Below, piece by piece: positions 63,123-64,000 of a DNA stretch of 64,000 bases. The DNA is from Gammaproteobacteria bacterium (GTDB taxonomy: Bacteria; Pseudomonadota; Gammaproteobacteria; JAJFJF01), in NCBI GenBank assembly GCA_021774255.1, contig JAJFJF010000007.1, forward strand, positions 33,133 to 97,132, given 5' to 3'. Below the pieces are notes generated by a model. The model saw nothing but the letters and a program-made list of their open reading frames with translations, was not told where the DNA came from and did not search any database. Position 1 is the first letter of the stretch. Each line of letters begins with the position of its first letter. The position numbers were made by a program, and so were the translations under genes.

Positions 63123-63785
63123 TTACGGGCCCAACGCTCGCCATGATTCTGCAAAACCTGCATCGTCATCGCAATAAACACGCAATTCAAACTCCGCCAA
63201 AATGCAGCCACTGCTCGCAGAAACACGCACGGTGCTAATGCCAACGTCCGTCGCGCAGGGTGTACCAGAGATCGTCTTTGCCTGACCTGCCGCCTCTATC
63301 CAAAACGGGCGCCGCCGCCCTCCCCCTGGCACGCCTTCATCCATAATGAATACCCCTGTATAAGTCATCTGATCTTCTTTCCCTTGTAACTGTGGCAAGC
63401 TGCTCAATGCAAAACGGTAAGGTTCACCTACCTTCACAATTTGTCGAGGCGCTCGATACCAGCATCTACACACGGTATTCCAGAACAGATACTGGTAACG
63501 ATACACCCAAAACATTACGGATATTATGATACTTATCAGTGGGGCCACTGCGCGATAACGCTTAGGCTCGCTAAAGTACTCCGCCAGATTAAATCTTTGC
63601 CTACTCTCCGAATTGGCAGCCTCAGAGCCGTCGATGTTATCGAGAGGTTCATGGCTTCCCTGTAAATCGAATTGCATGGCCTGCAGGTCTTCGCAGGGAC
63701 AGCTAGACATCAGCACCCGAGTGCAGAGCAGCAGACCGCCCAGAAACAGCAAACACAGCGCGCCCCCCAGTAAGCACTTTGCCAT
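63123..63785 (-). CDS. Headless paralog of 59288..62533 (signal, short ectodomain, TM, Ig-like tail), with tail truncated by nonsense codons
   Basis: YRAPRQIVKVGEPYRFALSSLPQL and ILAEFELRVY match the neighbouring gene. Confidence 0.7.
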   Translation of the reverse strand: MAKCLLGGALCLLFLGGLLLCTRVLMSSCPCEDLQAMQFDLQGSHEPLDNIDGSEAANSESRQRFNLAEYFSEPKRYRAVAPLISIIISVMFWVYRYQYLFWNTVCRCWYRAPRQIVKVGEPYRFALSSLPQLQGKEDQMTYTGVFIMDEGVPGGGRRRPFWIEAAGQAKTISGTPCATDVGISTVRVSASSGCILAEFELRVYCDDDAGFAESWRALGP

Positions 63786-63914
63786 TTTCTTGTCTTGTTC
63801 AGCTTGAAAGAAACACCTCTAATTAAAATATCAAAATGAAGTAGCAAAACAGTGAAACGGGTAATAACAGCAGGCTCTCCGCTTAATGACTTTTATTCTT
63901 CTTACCTAATAGGT

Positions 63915-63931
63915 GTAACAGGAAGAGGGGT
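63915..63931 (-). promoter_or_regulatory. Degenerate TTAC-N7-TGTTAC element upstream of 63123..63785
   Basis: Sense aaacACCCctcttccTGTTAC, 129 nt before the ATG. Spacer resembles the 62672 copy. Confidence 0.45.
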
Positions 63932-64000
63932 GTTTCTGCGCTCAAAAAGAGTTAAGCCACCATCAAAAATAAAAAAATCTTAGCTAAAGCAGTTAAACTA

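Noticed and set aside
28216..63125. Alternative genetic code (TAA=Gln, TGA=Gly) suggested by read-through tails at 28216 and 63123
   Set aside because: Core genes end normally at TAA or TGA, and long orphan ORFs contain no internal stops. Nonsense decay is simpler.

Overview
Gammaproteobacterial chromosome segment. The taxon cannot be fixed from sequence alone, but the gene content suggests a host- or protist-associated lineage. The backbone comprises a complete hisGDC(NB)HAF(IE) operon, a full dcw cluster (mraZ to lpxC), rnpB, ssb, dciA, mpg, ybdL-yafV, two MFS transporters, an acetolactate synthase/aldehyde dehydrogenase pair and a GH55 beta-1,3-glucanase. The left end is an AT-rich island-like stretch with an AAA-ATPase/nuclease, a decayed tRNA-Met and an HsdR_N-type nuclease. 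The most striking signal involves seven scattered orphan or eukaryote-like genes: three paralogous single-pass receptor-like proteins, a GLUG/Ser-rich/3-TM protein, an MGxxxS protein, a Pro/Gly-rich protein and a polytopic membrane protein. All seven carry the sense-strand upstream element TTAC-N7-TGTTAC (4 exact, 3 near matches; AGA follows 11 nt later in 4). They lack a well-placed Shine-Dalgarno site, have Kozak-like start contexts and have leaders almost free of upstream ATGs. This suggests a dedicated, apparently undescribed regulon and, speculatively, transcripts meant for eukaryotic (host) translation. All calls are by eye; no database searches were run.
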